A DNA stretch of 64,000 nucleotides, from the IMG/VR virus record IMGVR_UViG_3300005647_000006, one strand, 5' to 3'. This DNA comes from a virus. The notes under the pieces were generated by a model. That model made no database searches. It worked only from the letters and a program-made list of their open reading frames with translations, and had not been told where the DNA came from. Numbering within the stretch: the first letter of the stretch is position 1; every line of letters begins with the position of its first letter. Shown here in pieces: positions 1 through 8,838 of this stretch. The translations under genes were made by a program, and so were the position numbers.

Positions 1-269
1 TTAACTCTATGTAATTGCCAGAGTTGTCTGTTAGTTGCAGCTTCATCGACGAATAACTGATAATCATCACCATCGAAAGATATATCATCGACAGTAGCAA
101 AGTCAGCTAATACTTCAACACCTTTCAGAGCATCAATTAGAGCTTCGTCTGTGCTGTTTTCTTCGACTTCGATGTATACGCCAGTCTTAAATAAATCATT
201 AACCTCAAAACCGTCTTCTTCGTTGCCCCATAAATCTAGAGCGATAACTTCAAATTTAATTAAACTCAT
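1..269 (-). CDS. hypothetical acidic phage protein (partial, runs off window)
   Basis: ATG at 269 behind early promoter; MSLIKFEVIALDLWGNEEDGFEVND. Confidence 0.7.
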   Translation of the reverse strand, partial: MSLIKFEVIALDLWGNEEDGFEVNDLFKTGVYIEVEENSTDEALIDALKGVEVLADFATVDDISFDGDDYQLFVDEAATNRQLWQLHRV

Positions 270-284
270 AATCTTTATTCTCAG

Positions 285-326
285 TTGGTAGTAATATAGT
301 TAACGGCTAGTTGAAGTCGATCTTTA
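285..326 (-). promoter_or_regulatory. early promoter repeat
   Basis: copy of TAAAGA..GCCGTTAACTAT(A/T)(A/T)TACTACCAA motif. Confidence 0.75.
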
Positions 327-485
327 GGCTTCGTCTTCGTCTTCATCACCATACTGTGACATGCGTTCGCATTCTTCGATAATGAATTTAACTGAATCGT
401 CAGGATGCTCGATCTTGTTAAGATTCTCTGCAATGAATCCCAGAAAATCTCGATCAACTACAGCTTCGTGTTTATCAATTTGCAT
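324..485 (-). CDS. hypothetical acidic protein, 53 aa
   Basis: manual translation MQIDKHEAVVDRDFLGF...DEDEDEA. Confidence 0.6.
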   Translation of the reverse strand: MQIDKHEAVVDRDFLGFIAENLNKIEHPDDSVKFIIEECERMSQYGDEDEDEA

Positions 486-486
486 T

Positions 487-681
487 TTATGACTCCGAAT
501 TTAACATTAGAACTAGCGTCTTAGCTAGAGTTGGGCTAAGTAGAAAGCCATTAGTCTCATCAGAGCCGGTCACTTCATTGAAGTTACTAACTTCAACACC
601 CATAGAACCATCGTCATAGGTTTCAATTACGATAGTCTCATCGTTGCTCTCATTGGCTTGACTAGCAGTTAATTTGCTCAT
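487..681 (-). CDS. hypothetical protein
   Basis: track ORF trimmed to MSKLTASQ, the ATG downstream of the promoter copy at 699-740. Confidence 0.65.
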   Translation of the reverse strand: MSKLTASQANESNDETIVIETYDDGSMGVEVSNFNEVTGSDETNGFLLSPTLAKTLVLMLNSES

Positions 682-698
682 AATTTTTTTCTCGTTTG

Positions 699-740
699 TT
701 GGTAGTATTAAGGTTAACGGCTGATTACGATCATTCTTTA
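699..740 (-). promoter_or_regulatory. early promoter repeat
   Basis: motif copy (GCCGTTAACCTTAATACTACCAA). Confidence 0.7.
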
Positions 741-808
741 ATTTATTTGCGTGATGGAGTTCACAAAATAGTTTGATTGTTTTTTGCGACACAGTTGACT
801 AAAAAAGA

Positions 809-848
809 TTAAAGAATGACCGCAATTTGCCGTTAACTATAATAAGAG
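809..848 (+). promoter_or_regulatory. early promoter repeat, only plus-strand copy
   Basis: TTAAAGAATGAC..GCCGTTAACTATAAT. Confidence 0.7.
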
Positions 849-905
849 AAACGACGCCGAGAGACACGGCGATGCGAATGTAATCCGCCCGAGGGCGTCT
901 ATCTG
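846..905 (+). ncRNA. candidate small structured RNA
   Basis: GC-rich, follows plus-strand promoter, no ORF; CGCCG/CGGCG, CGCC/GGCG and GACGCC/GGCGTC stems. Confidence 0.35.
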
Positions 906-908
906 AGA

Positions 909-924
909 TGTGAAGTCCATCACA
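909..924. promoter_or_regulatory. CRP-type box
   Basis: TGTGA-AGTCCA-TCACA perfect match. Confidence 0.55.
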
Positions 925-1030
925 AAGTGAACTGGTAGAGGTTGCCAACTTGATCACACTGTGATAGAAGTCTAAATCTCGATTTAATCATGTTGCGATG
1001 ACTGTCACAATGTGAAATTAAAACAAAAAA

Positions 1031-1076
1031 ATAACATCACCAAGAAATCTCCGAAGAAATCACTCAGTGATGTTAT
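1031..1076 (-). terminator. intrinsic terminator-like hairpin
   Basis: ATAACATCAC/GTGATGTTAT stem, inner cUUCGg, U-tract on minus strand. Confidence 0.55.
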
Positions 1077-1144
1077 CTCCCACTCTGCCTACGGACAGAA
1101 TTTACCAAAGCTTCATCAGCAACGCTAGTGTAGTCGAACTAAAA

Positions 1145-1315
1145 CTAGAAGTCAACACCATCTTCGAGGTTCGTTATCATTCCATCAAAATCTTCCGTAG
1201 GGCCGAGTAGATCAGCTAACATGTAAACCACCTCACCGTAGTCCTCGGCCAAGCTGTCAAGGTAGTCCTGTCGGTTATCAAAACCATTCTCAGTGTAAAC
1301 ATTTTGTTCTGCCAT
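1145..1315 (-). CDS. hypothetical acidic protein, 56 aa
   Basis: MAEQNVYTENGFDNRQDYLDSLAEDYG; behind early promoter. Confidence 0.7.
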   Translation of the reverse strand: MAEQNVYTENGFDNRQDYLDSLAEDYGEVVYMLADLLGPTEDFDGMITNLEDGVDF

Positions 1316-1340
1316 GATCTTTCCTTTTAATTAATTATCG

Positions 1341-1383
1341 TTGGTAGTAATATAGTTAACGGCAGAAATGATTGGGTCTTTAA
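1341..1383 (-). promoter_or_regulatory. early promoter repeat
   Basis: motif copy. Confidence 0.75.
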
Positions 1384-1473
1384 TTAATTTATATATTGTA
1401 GATACAAATGAGAAATAGCCCCCATACAAATAGGATTTCGCCATACAAATACATTTTGTGATACAATATACAG

Positions 1474-1969
1474 ATGATTACTATATACAAAATAATTAAC
1501 AAGCTCGATGGCTCTGTCATATACATAGGGCAGTCTGATTACTTGCCCAGTCGAAAAGGCTCAACCAAATGGCGAGTTAAAAATGGATGGGATAAACCAT
1601 TGTATAACAAAATTAGATCGCTTGGTTGGGATAACATTGAGTACCAGATACATACCCAAGTTGAATCTCAGACAGAAGCAGATTTAATTGAACATCAATT
1701 AATTGAAAACACTTCGACTGCTGTTAATATTCAATCTGGGGGAACATCTGGTTTTACTCATACAGGTAAGACTCATTCTGAAGAAACTAAGAAAAGAATA
1801 TCTAGGACGCAAAAAAAACAACAAATATATTCAAGTTTTAACAGAACATCAAATTAAATCAATCAAAGCAGATACAAGATTACAACGTGAGATTGCTGCC
1901 GATCATGGTATAACTCAGCAACAAGTTTCTAATATCAAGACAGGTAAGACACACGCCGATATTAATTAA
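1474..1969 (+). pseudogene. GIY-YIG homing endonuclease with NUMOD3 and C-terminal HTH, +1 frameshift at A8 run (1811-1818)
   Basis: IYKI...VIYIGQS, HSEETKKRIS; C-terminus in next frame matches paralog at 18313; may be a sequencing indel. Confidence 0.75.
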
Positions 1970-2296
1970 TCAATCATTATCGATATTGATGGTCGCCCCA
2001 CATTCAAGCCAAAACTCAGTAGCTAAAAATCCTTTATCGTTATATTTCTCAGCCATATCACTAAGCTCATTGTATCTATCAGCCATTAAACGTATCGCTA
2101 CTTCCCTACTTGTAGTTACAGTATCAACACCCATAGAGTCACCATTTCTCCACAGGATGCACCATGCTGTGTGATTAGCCACCAGATTAATTTTTGGTTG
2201 TTGTTTAGTTTTGAAACTATAGTAAGTTCCGCAGGCAAACATAGCAGCCGCCAGAAAAAATAGAGTTGCTTCAAGCATCGCTTGGTTCCTTTTCAA
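1970..2296 (-). CDS. hypothetical protein with N-terminal hydrophobic segment
   Basis: ORF track; operon context. Confidence 0.6.
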   Translation of the reverse strand: MKRNQAMLEATLFFLAAAMFACGTYYSFKTKQQPKINLVANHTAWCILWRNGDSMGVDTVTTSREVAIRLMADRYNELSDMAEKYNDKGFLATEFWLECGATINIDND

Positions 2297-2696
2297 TATA
2301 AAGTTCGTGAAAATTATTTACAGGTTTGGTTGGTTCATTGTACGGCCCCCACCCTTGCTCAGAATCATCTTCGCTTCGCTCAGTAGGTACAAAACCGGAT
2401 ACATATTCTGATTCTAATACAGCAGCAATGCCATTAGACTTATCATCACTGAAAATTAAATCACAGATATTACCCCAACTATCATATTCCCATTCATATG
2501 ATTCTGGTAGCATATGTTCAACGTCTGCATTTTGTGTCCCTTCAATGAACACTCCAGAATATGAGTTATATTGACCTCTCATTTCCTCTACTACGATTCC
2601 GTTGACAAGGAGATACAAACGTACTGGTTCACCAGTAAATGAATTAGAATTAATTGGCTTCCCTGAAATTTTGCAAATATAGCTTGAGCATCCGAT
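2271..2696 (-). CDS. hypothetical phage protein
   Basis: frame open from ATC-GGA-TGC at 2696 after a GGAG RBS; track start 2618 is internal. Confidence 0.6.
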   Translation of the reverse strand: MGCSSYICKISGKPINSNSFTGEPVRLYLLVNGIVVEEMRGQYNSYSGVFIEGTQNADVEHMLPESYEWEYDSWGNICDLIFSDDKSNGIAAVLESEYVSGFVPTERSEDDSEQGWGPYNEPTKPVNNFHELYIEKEPSDA

Positions 2697-2710
2697 GTTA
2701 TATTCTCCTA

Positions 2711-2926
2711 TTATATTGTTTTATGATTTTCCACCCACACCTTAGCATCAGCTAATTTGTCAGTGACATGTATTTCTTTACACACGCCTAAGTTTCCGAT
2801 TGAACCAGAGGTAATTCGTATGCTGTATTGTGTTGGCTTTTCGTTGCGAAGTATTGAGTACATTTTACACGGACTTAGATACATTTGTAATCCACAATCA
2901 AATCCTCGTTTCCATAACTTCTTCAT
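2711..2926 (-). CDS. hypothetical protein
   Basis: ORF track; overlap-coupled. Confidence 0.65.
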   Translation of the reverse strand: MKKLWKRGFDCGLQMYLSPCKMYSILRNEKPTQYSIRITSGSIGNLGVCKEIHVTDKLADAKVWVENHKTI

Positions 2927-3432
2927 TAGGTAGCCAACCTACAAGAATTAATTAATGCAATTAATTTAACATCAAATGAATTATAACTCTGAACTTCCAT
3001 ATCCTCTAACACGAAAGTTCCTTCATGTTGCAGTTCTTCAAGCGCATCAGCATCACCTCTAATCATAGCAGCACATTCATATATCTTTGCTGGTACGACA
3101 ATGCCCACCGAAGTAATACTATTGTTCAGTGAGTTCTCGTCCTCTCTGAAATCCGAAAATGGATATTCATTTAATTTTGTTTCAAACGTACTGCATATTC
3201 GTTTTAAGTCATAACTATTGCCTCCATTGAGAGCTATGATTGTTTTGTGATGAATAGACCACTGCTCTAGCTGTTTCAATTCAGGAGTATTGTGATCATA
3301 CTTGGCAATCATTTCTCCCAAACAATGGCTCAATTGAATACCCTGTTGGATACTAGATAGATATAAATTTCCGAATCCGTATAGTCTCATTTTAATTCTC
3401 AGTTGTTTGGGAGTCTTGTGGAATTGAACCAC
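2926..3432 (-). CDS. peptidyl-tRNA hydrolase 2 (PTH2)-like phage protein
   Basis: LSSIQQGIQLSH...W..HKTIIALNGG...FREDE..LN.SITSVG pattern. Confidence 0.45.
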   Translation of the reverse strand: MVQFHKTPKQLRIKMRLYGFGNLYLSSIQQGIQLSHCLGEMIAKYDHNTPELKQLEQWSIHHKTIIALNGGNSYDLKRICSTFETKLNEYPFSDFREDENSLNNSITSVGIVVPAKIYECAAMIRGDADALEELQHEGTFVLEDMEVQSYNSFDVKLIALINSCRLAT

Positions 3433-3474
3433 CTACTAGTATTACGATCAGCCGAACTGATAGACTCCATAATT

Positions 3475-4584
3475 TTATATTATCAAAGCATTCCTTGCAG
3501 CTTCAATAGTTTTGGATAAAACTTCTTTGTCGCTTATCAAGACTTCAATTTCATATTTCAGTTCTTCGATTCGCTTGTCTTCGTCAGTTATGAATTTAAT
3601 TTTCTCAGCATCATTGACAGGCACTTGGCTATCTTTGTTACGAATTAATTCAATTTCAGCATTAGCACTTTCATGACAACCCTGCCAGTATTCAACCTCA
3701 CCTTTTAAATGTGAGACTTCACTATTAAGTGATTCTATTGCACCTTGCAGTTCATTACATTCTTCTTTCAATGATTTAATTTCAATACCAGCTAATTTGT
3801 GGGCTTTTCTCAAATCATCATGCATAGCAACTAAATAATCTTTTTCTTTTTTATGTTCGCCAACCAACACTTCAATCTGTTTGTTTTCACTTCTGGAAGG
3901 TTGTTGATTGGCTGCATTAATTAATGCATTAGTTCCAGCATTGGCACGTTCGTAATACTTCTTCCAGTTTTCAACTTCATCTCTTAATTTCGTATTTTCT
4001 TCCGACAATTTTCGATTATGATCAACTGCTATCTGATTATAATTAACAAAACTTTCGTTGTTAGTTTCCAGATCGCCATTTAATCGAGTCAGTCGTTGAA
4101 GTTCATTACTAGATTCTTCTAGTTGTGCAATCAAATCCAGATTCTCACTTTCTACTCGTTTGATACGCCTAAGTGAAAATTGATTATCGTTTTTCAATCG
4201 ACCATGTTCCATTCGCATTTCAGCAATAGTTTCATTGGCAGCTTTTAATTCAGCTTCCATTTCATAGTACTTAACCAAAAACTTTTCAGGACCACTGACA
4301 GTTTCATTCTTGGCAACCAGTCGTTCTTCAATTTCGTCAGCTCGATCAGCATGAAAAACACAAATTAATTTTTCACCATAATAGAATTCAAATTGATCAC
4401 TATCAATATCATGAAAAACACGATTGAAGTAAATCAGTTCTCCACCGTCTTCTCGCATGTAGTGCGCGAACTTACCATTCTCTGAATAAAGAAAAGTATT
4501 GTATTCAGGTTTGGTTCGTTCCATACCTGCCAATAATAAATCTATCTTCTTAAAGTTATCAAAGTTACTCATAATTAATTCCAA
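3475..4584 (-). CDS. long coiled-coil protein
   Basis: 369 aa, E/K/L heptad-rich over most of length. Confidence 0.75.
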   Translation of the reverse strand: MELIMSNFDNFKKIDLLLAGMERTKPEYNTFLYSENGKFAHYMREDGGELIYFNRVFHDIDSDQFEFYYGEKLICVFHADRADEIEERLVAKNETVSGPEKFLVKYYEMEAELKAANETIAEMRMEHGRLKNDNQFSLRRIKRVESENLDLIAQLEESSNELQRLTRLNGDLETNNESFVNYNQIAVDHNRKLSEENTKLRDEVENWKKYYERANAGTNALINAANQQPSRSENKQIEVLVGEHKKEKDYLVAMHDDLRKAHKLAGIEIKSLKEECNELQGAIESLNSEVSHLKGEVEYWQGCHESANAEIELIRNKDSQVPVNDAEKIKFITDEDKRIEELKYEIEVLISDKEVLSKTIEAARNALII

Positions 4585-4598
4585 ATTATATCTCGTTG

Positions 4599-4641
4599 TT
4601 GGTAGATACTATAGTTAACGGCAGCAAGGTTTCGTTCTTTA
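4599..4641 (-). promoter_or_regulatory. early promoter repeat
   Basis: motif copy. Confidence 0.7.
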
Positions 4642-4668
4642 GAATTAATTATATCACATGATTGATTT

Positions 4669-4684
4669 TGTGAATTAAATCACA
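4669..4684. promoter_or_regulatory. CRP-type box
   Basis: TGTGA-ATTAAA-TCACA perfect match. Confidence 0.55.
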
Positions 4685-4700
4685 AATTGAAATGGAACGC

Positions 4701-4726
4701 AAAAATGCTCCCATAGTGGGAGCATT
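4701..4726 (-). terminator. intrinsic terminator
   Basis: AATGCTCCC/GGGAGCATT stem plus U-tract on minus strand. Confidence 0.7.
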
Positions 4727-4760
4727 GAATGTTGGTAGTAATTACTTTGGAATTTATTCT

Positions 4761-4976
4761 TTAATTTGTTGATGAAGAAAGTTTGGATTCTTCACGCATT
4801 CTTTGTTGTTGCAGTCCTGCTATAACAGACTTTGGATTGTTCACTGTATAAGTGTTATCGTTGATTGATTCAATTAACCTATTACTAACCTCTTTCGTAC
4901 TCAGATTAAATAAGTCTTTTTCTTTGCGATAGTCTGCAATTAATTGAAGTGTTGAGATTTGACTGAGTGGTTTCAT
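4761..4976 (-). CDS. hypothetical protein
   Basis: ORF track. Confidence 0.6.
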   Translation of the reverse strand: MKPLSQISTLQLIADYRKEKDLFNLSTKEVSNRLIESINDNTYTVNNPKSVIAGLQQQRMREESKLSSSTN

Positions 4977-5005
4977 ATATTATACCAAAAATTAAATTAA
5001 CGTTT

Positions 5006-5063
5006 CGGTATTGGAGTCTATCAATTAGATGTGGTTTGTTTTAACCACTAGACTCCAATACCG
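5006..5063. repeat. 15-bp perfect inverted repeat with inner 6-bp stem
   Basis: CGGTATTGGAGTCTA / TAGACTCCAATACCG; inner GTGGTT/AACCAC. Confidence 0.8.
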
Positions 5064-5120
5064 TCTAATAACCATTCTATATTATTATTGTTTTGAATGG
5101 TAGTTAATTATTACTTGATA

Positions 5121-5432
5121 TTAATAATAACCAGTTCCATTTTCAAGATTGTCAGCTACTTGGTTCATAGCTATGTCAATGTTGCCTTTGTACTGTTCCA
5201 TCATCACATAGAACTCAGTAGCTGTTAAATTATACTGATTAGGCTTCTCATTGAAGTTAGGTGAAAGGAACTTGTATGCCAGCTCAGTAACTACAGTGTC
5301 CATATCGACACCCATGCTAGCAGTAGAAGTATCACGCAATTCAGCAACACCGAATCTGATTTTATCGTTTAACGATTTAGACATAGATGCTCGAAATGCT
5401 TTAGTTACAAATTTTTCGTTGGTTGCAGTCAT
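5121..5432 (-). CDS. hypothetical protein
   Basis: trimmed to MTATNEK behind promoter copy. Confidence 0.7.
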   Translation of the reverse strand: MTATNEKFVTKAFRASMSKSLNDKIRFGVAELRDTSTASMGVDMDTVVTELAYKFLSPNFNEKPNQYNLTATEFYVMMEQYKGNIDIAMNQVADNLENGTGYY

Positions 5433-5450
5433 TTTATTTAATCTCTTGTA

Positions 5451-5494
5451 TTGGTAGATATTATAGTTAACGGCCAAAGAGAATCATTCTTTAA
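5451..5494 (-). promoter_or_regulatory. early promoter repeat
   Basis: motif copy. Confidence 0.7.
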
Positions 5495-5512
5495 TTCTAT
5501 AGTCTTAAACTG

Positions 5513-5707
5513 TTAACTAGTTCCGTCTTCTAATTCTTCTAGTAATGTAGCTTCAAGATGTTCTAGTTGTTCGTCAGTGCAACCGAATAACTCCTGCACC
5601 ATCGTAATGAAGTGATCATGATGGCGCTGGAGATAAAGGCTTTCTGTTTCCATAACAATGGCAGTCAGTTCTTCACCACCAAATGTATCATTAGTTTCTT
5701 TAGCCAT
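5513..5707 (-). CDS. hypothetical acidic protein
   Basis: trimmed to MAKETNDT. Confidence 0.65.
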   Translation of the reverse strand: MAKETNDTFGGEELTAIVMETESLYLQRHHDHFITMVQELFGCTDEQLEHLEATLLEELEDGTS

Positions 5708-5720
5708 TTTAATTATCCGG

Positions 5721-6134
5721 TTAGTAGGTCGTGATCGGGTCTTGACCAAACCACTTCCACTGCTTGTAGGAATCGTTACGTTCCTGTATACGCTCGTTGA
5801 TACCATCAACATCAAATATTGAATTGAGGTATTCAGAGTTAGAAATGTATCGAGCACCTACACAAGTCATACCAGTATCAGTACCACCAAGTGCGTGACA
5901 ATTCCAGTAAACGTAATTGCGTTTTGCATCTTGAAAGTTTTCTGAATTTTGTGTTTCTAATAGATAAGTATATCTATCAAAATCTTTCTGGTCTTTAGCT
6001 ACACCAGAGTTTGCAAATTCCCAAACTCCAAATAGTGCTACGATTATTATTAATAAGACAAATATTTTTACAATAAAAAATGCTATGTCTGCTATTAGAT
6101 TTACCACTCCAAATGTTATTGAGTTGTTATCCAT
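5721..6134 (-). CDS. membrane-anchored hypothetical protein
   Basis: N-terminal TM helix, two Cys. Confidence 0.7.
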   Translation of the reverse strand: MDNNSITFGVVNLIADIAFFIVKIFVLLIIIVALFGVWEFANSGVAKDQKDFDRYTYLLETQNSENFQDAKRNYVYWNCHALGGTDTGMTCVGARYISNSEYLNSIFDVDGINERIQERNDSYKQWKWFGQDPITTY

Positions 6135-6146
6135 TGTTATTCTCCG

Positions 6147-6187
6147 TTGGTGTTATTATATGTAACGGCCAATTGAAGTCGATCTTT
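6147..6187 (-). promoter_or_regulatory. early promoter repeat (variant)
   Basis: GCCGTTACATATAAT variant. Confidence 0.65.
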
Positions 6188-6203
6188 GATTAATTAGTGT
6201 GAC

Positions 6204-6527
6204 CTACTGCGCAATTTCTGGAGTTCTACCCAAGAATACTTTCAAGTCCAGTTGACCGACAATCCATTGGCGAACTATCGATAATGCAGCACCATTGCAA
6301 ATCATAAATGCAGCCGATTCTAATACCTTACCAATTGCCTTTTGTTGTTTATTTTCCAATGGAATTAAAGCATCACTCATATCATCAATAAAGACAGAGA
6401 AAGCAGTTTCCAATATGTCAGGATGTTGTGTGCTCTCAATAACGTTGTAATGTCTTAATATTGCATCTTTAACTTTCTTTCGTGAAATATCACTGAATGG
6501 TTCAAAATCTTTTTGTTGTGCGTTCAT
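6204..6527 (-). CDS. hypothetical protein
   Basis: ORF track. Confidence 0.65.
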   Translation of the reverse strand: MNAQQKDFEPFSDISRKKVKDAILRHYNVIESTQHPDILETAFSVFIDDMSDALIPLENKQQKAIGKVLESAAFMICNGAALSIVRQWIVGQLDLKVFLGRTPEIAQ

Positions 6528-6556
6528 GTTAATTGTATCTCAAGTTGAATTGGTTC

Positions 6557-6588
6557 AAAAAAACTCCGACCAGTATTGATCGGAGTTT
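6557..6588 (-). terminator. intrinsic terminator
   Basis: AAACTCCGA/TCGGAGTTT stem plus U-tract. Confidence 0.7.
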
Positions 6589-6594
6589 GTAATT

Positions 6595-7317
6595 TTAAGC
6601 TGATTCTAATTTTAATTCTAATTGCTTGATAGACTCATCAATCTCACTTTTAGCAGCTTCGATCATGTAGTCCCAACCTTCTGACATGTATTCACCAAAG
6701 TAGCCGCCACATGCGATATCAGCAAAGTTACCTTCTACATCAGTCACGGAATAATAATGCACGTCGCCATAAACATAATCTCTATAAGATTGTGCAGCCG
6801 ATTCGCAATATTTAGCTGTGTCTTCTTTAGTACTGCCATCTTCAATCTTCTTGACAATTACAATATCATGCCAATCCGATTGTGAGTAACCACGGCCAGT
6901 ACCAGTATAAACTGCAAAGTCGTCTTTTAAGTCCCAGCAAGTTGCAACCACTTTAAATTGAGTGCTAGTGATTTCACTAGTAAAAAGGTCATATATGACA
7001 TCGTTAAAAAAATCTTCTATGTTGCTGTAGTTGCTGAAACAATATGTTCCGTACTCTTGTAGGAACCCTTTAATACTTGTCACCAGACCGATTTCAAAAG
7101 ACTCTACAATTTCTTTCCAGTGTTTTTTGATTTCTTCTCTACTGAATGTAGGCACTTCAAATGTGTCTGAACCGTAGTCACTAATATCACGACCACGGCC
7201 ATGCTTGACTACAGCAATGAAACTTTCGCCCCATTCTTCTAATGGGTTTTCGTTGGAGTCGTCTTGCTCGATTGTAATTAAATGGTTTCTGTAATCGATT
7301 TTATTGTGATCACTCAT
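6595..7317 (-). CDS. hypothetical acidic phage protein
   Basis: 240 aa; GRGYSQSDW and CGGYFG motifs. Confidence 0.75.
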   Translation of the reverse strand: MSDHNKIDYRNHLITIEQDDSNENPLEEWGESFIAVVKHGRGRDISDYGSDTFEVPTFSREEIKKHWKEIVESFEIGLVTSIKGFLQEYGTYCFSNYSNIEDFFNDVIYDLFTSEITSTQFKVVATCWDLKDDFAVYTGTGRGYSQSDWHDIVIVKKIEDGSTKEDTAKYCESAAQSYRDYVYGDVHYYSVTDVEGNFADIACGGYFGEYMSEGWDYMIEAAKSEIDESIKQLELKLESA

Positions 7318-7332
7318 AATCTTTGTTCTCTG

Positions 7333-7375
7333 TTGGTAGTATTATAGTTAACGGCCAATCGAAATCGAACTGAAA
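7333..7375 (-). promoter_or_regulatory. early promoter repeat
   Basis: motif copy. Confidence 0.7.
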
Positions 7376-7389
7376 TTAATTTAAGTTAA

Positions 7390-8055
7390 CTACTTCTCAT
7401 ATTTTGGTTTTGACCAGCAATTATGTTTGGGAGGATAGTATCTACCATCCGGCATGGTACGTCCATTACACCAAGAATGGATTGTTGTTTTATTTACTTT
7501 ATGTTTTTTGGCAGCATCAATGGCAGCATCATAACGCTTACCATAAACATACCAAATTCTTGAATCGCGTGTATTTCTTTGTTGTGTTTTTCTACTTGCC
7601 CAAATACAGTTACTTGGTGAATATCCTTTACTATTATTTTTTCGCTCTATTGATAAACCTTTTTTATATCCATTGGCTTCAGCCCAAGTAATAAATTTCT
7701 CAATATTATTTTTCCACGCACTGCAAACTTTAATTCCACGCCCACCATAATCTAGATATGCGTTGTCATTTATATTATGACATCTAGCCACCATACCAAT
7801 CCATGTACCATAAAGTCTGTGTTTACTGTAACCATGTTTTAAACTTTCCGACACATAGCACAAACAACCACATGATTTTGTTTTAAGTGATCTAACATCA
7901 GAAATTCTGATTGTTTTTTCCTTGCCACAATCACATTGAAATTTAGCTGTCCTAAAATAACGACTGCCAGAATATATATCAGCATCATCATATAGGTAAG
8001 TCAATCGTGTGCCTTTAAACTTTTGGCCTTCTTTATAATTAATTCTAGCCGCCAT
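7390..8055 (-). CDS. HNH-family homing endonuclease
   Basis: CDCG, W.GM..RC.N, YGGRGIKVC..W, LSIERKNN..GYSPSNC.W. Confidence 0.8.
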   Translation of the reverse strand: MAARINYKEGQKFKGTRLTYLYDDADIYSGSRYFRTAKFQCDCGKEKTIRISDVRSLKTKSCGCLCYVSESLKHGYSKHRLYGTWIGMVARCHNINDNAYLDYGGRGIKVCSAWKNNIEKFITWAEANGYKKGLSIERKNNSKGYSPSNCIWASRKTQQRNTRDSRIWYVYGKRYDAAIDAAKKHKVNKTTIHSWCNGRTMPDGRYYPPKHNCWSKPKYEK

Positions 8056-8060
8056 AATAA

Positions 8061-8083
8061 ATCCTCACATAAAGTGAGGATTA
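8061..8083 (-). promoter_or_regulatory. RBS-sequestering hairpin overlapping -10 box
   Basis: AATCCTCAC/GTGAGGATT 9-bp stem; GAGGA in 3' arm, TATAAT overlaps 5' arm. Confidence 0.6.
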
Positions 8084-8095
8084 TATCACATATAA

Positions 8096-8521
8096 TTAAT
8101 CTTCGTTCCAATCCATAAAGTCTGCAAAAGATTCACCAGACTCGCGAAATTCGTTAAGGTCGATATCCAAGTCGTTAAACCACTCATTCACAGATTGCTC
8201 TAAGTGAATATAAATAGCTACCTGCTTGTAGTTGTCTGGACGTTCACCCTCACCATAGATACCAGCATTATTATATGCCTGATCTAATACGTCACCATGT
8301 AGGTAGTGAGTGTCGTTAATTTCACTGTAATATACAGGACAATTTGAATCAACAATCTCATTTAATCGACCTGAATAATTAACGTCATTATTCAAACAAA
8401 TATCATCAGCATCAGGATTTTCTTCAACCCATTCTACGATAGCCTGTTTTAATTCAACTATGCACTGATCGATTCGATCTTGTAATGAATCTTCAATTTC
8501 TACTGTAATTTTCTTTCCCAT
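8096..8521 (-). CDS. Ocr-like acidic DNA-mimic candidate
   Basis: very acidic; EIVDSNCPVYYSEI and VAIYIHL resemble T7 gp0.3 motifs. Confidence 0.5.
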   Translation of the reverse strand: MGKKITVEIEDSLQDRIDQCIVELKQAIVEWVEENPDADDICLNNDVNYSGRLNEIVDSNCPVYYSEINDTHYLHGDVLDQAYNNAGIYGEGERPDNYKQVAIYIHLEQSVNEWFNDLDIDLNEFRESGESFADFMDWNED

Positions 8522-8538
8522 GATCTTTATCTCTTTGT

Positions 8539-8579
8539 TGGTAGTGTTATAGTTAACGGCTAATTTGATTCGTTCTTTA
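8539..8579 (-). promoter_or_regulatory. early promoter repeat
   Basis: motif copy. Confidence 0.7.
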
Positions 8580-8783
8580 GAACAAGTTTAATTTATTGTT
8601 AAGTTGATCGCGCAAATCTCCAGCATCATAATTAAGATCGACTGCATCATCTAATTCGTCAGCCATGTTATCAGCATCAATAGAGTCAAGTAGTCCATCA
8701 TCATTATATCGTGCAACAGTTTTAAGTTCATAATCACCTATAAGGTTTATTATTCGTTGTGCGATTACATTTTCGTTTGCCAT
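8577..8783 (-). CDS. hypothetical acidic protein
   Basis: ORF between two promoter copies. Confidence 0.7.
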   Translation of the reverse strand: MANENVIAQRIINLIGDYELKTVARYNDDGLLDSIDADNMADELDDAVDLNYDAGDLRDQLNNKLNLF

Positions 8784-8796
8784 TTTAATTTCCCTG

Positions 8797-8838
8797 TTGG
8801 TAGTATTATAGTTAACGGCTGATTGAACTCGATCTTTA
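8797..8838 (-). promoter_or_regulatory. early promoter repeat
   Basis: motif copy. Confidence 0.75.

Noticed and set aside
846-905. Hammerhead ribozyme (GAAAC plus stems)
   Set aside because: No CUGANGA core and no correct NUH cleavage triplet
1811-1818. Programmed -1 frameshift at A-AAA-AAC
   Set aside because: The needed shift is +1; a single extra A in a homopolymer explains it
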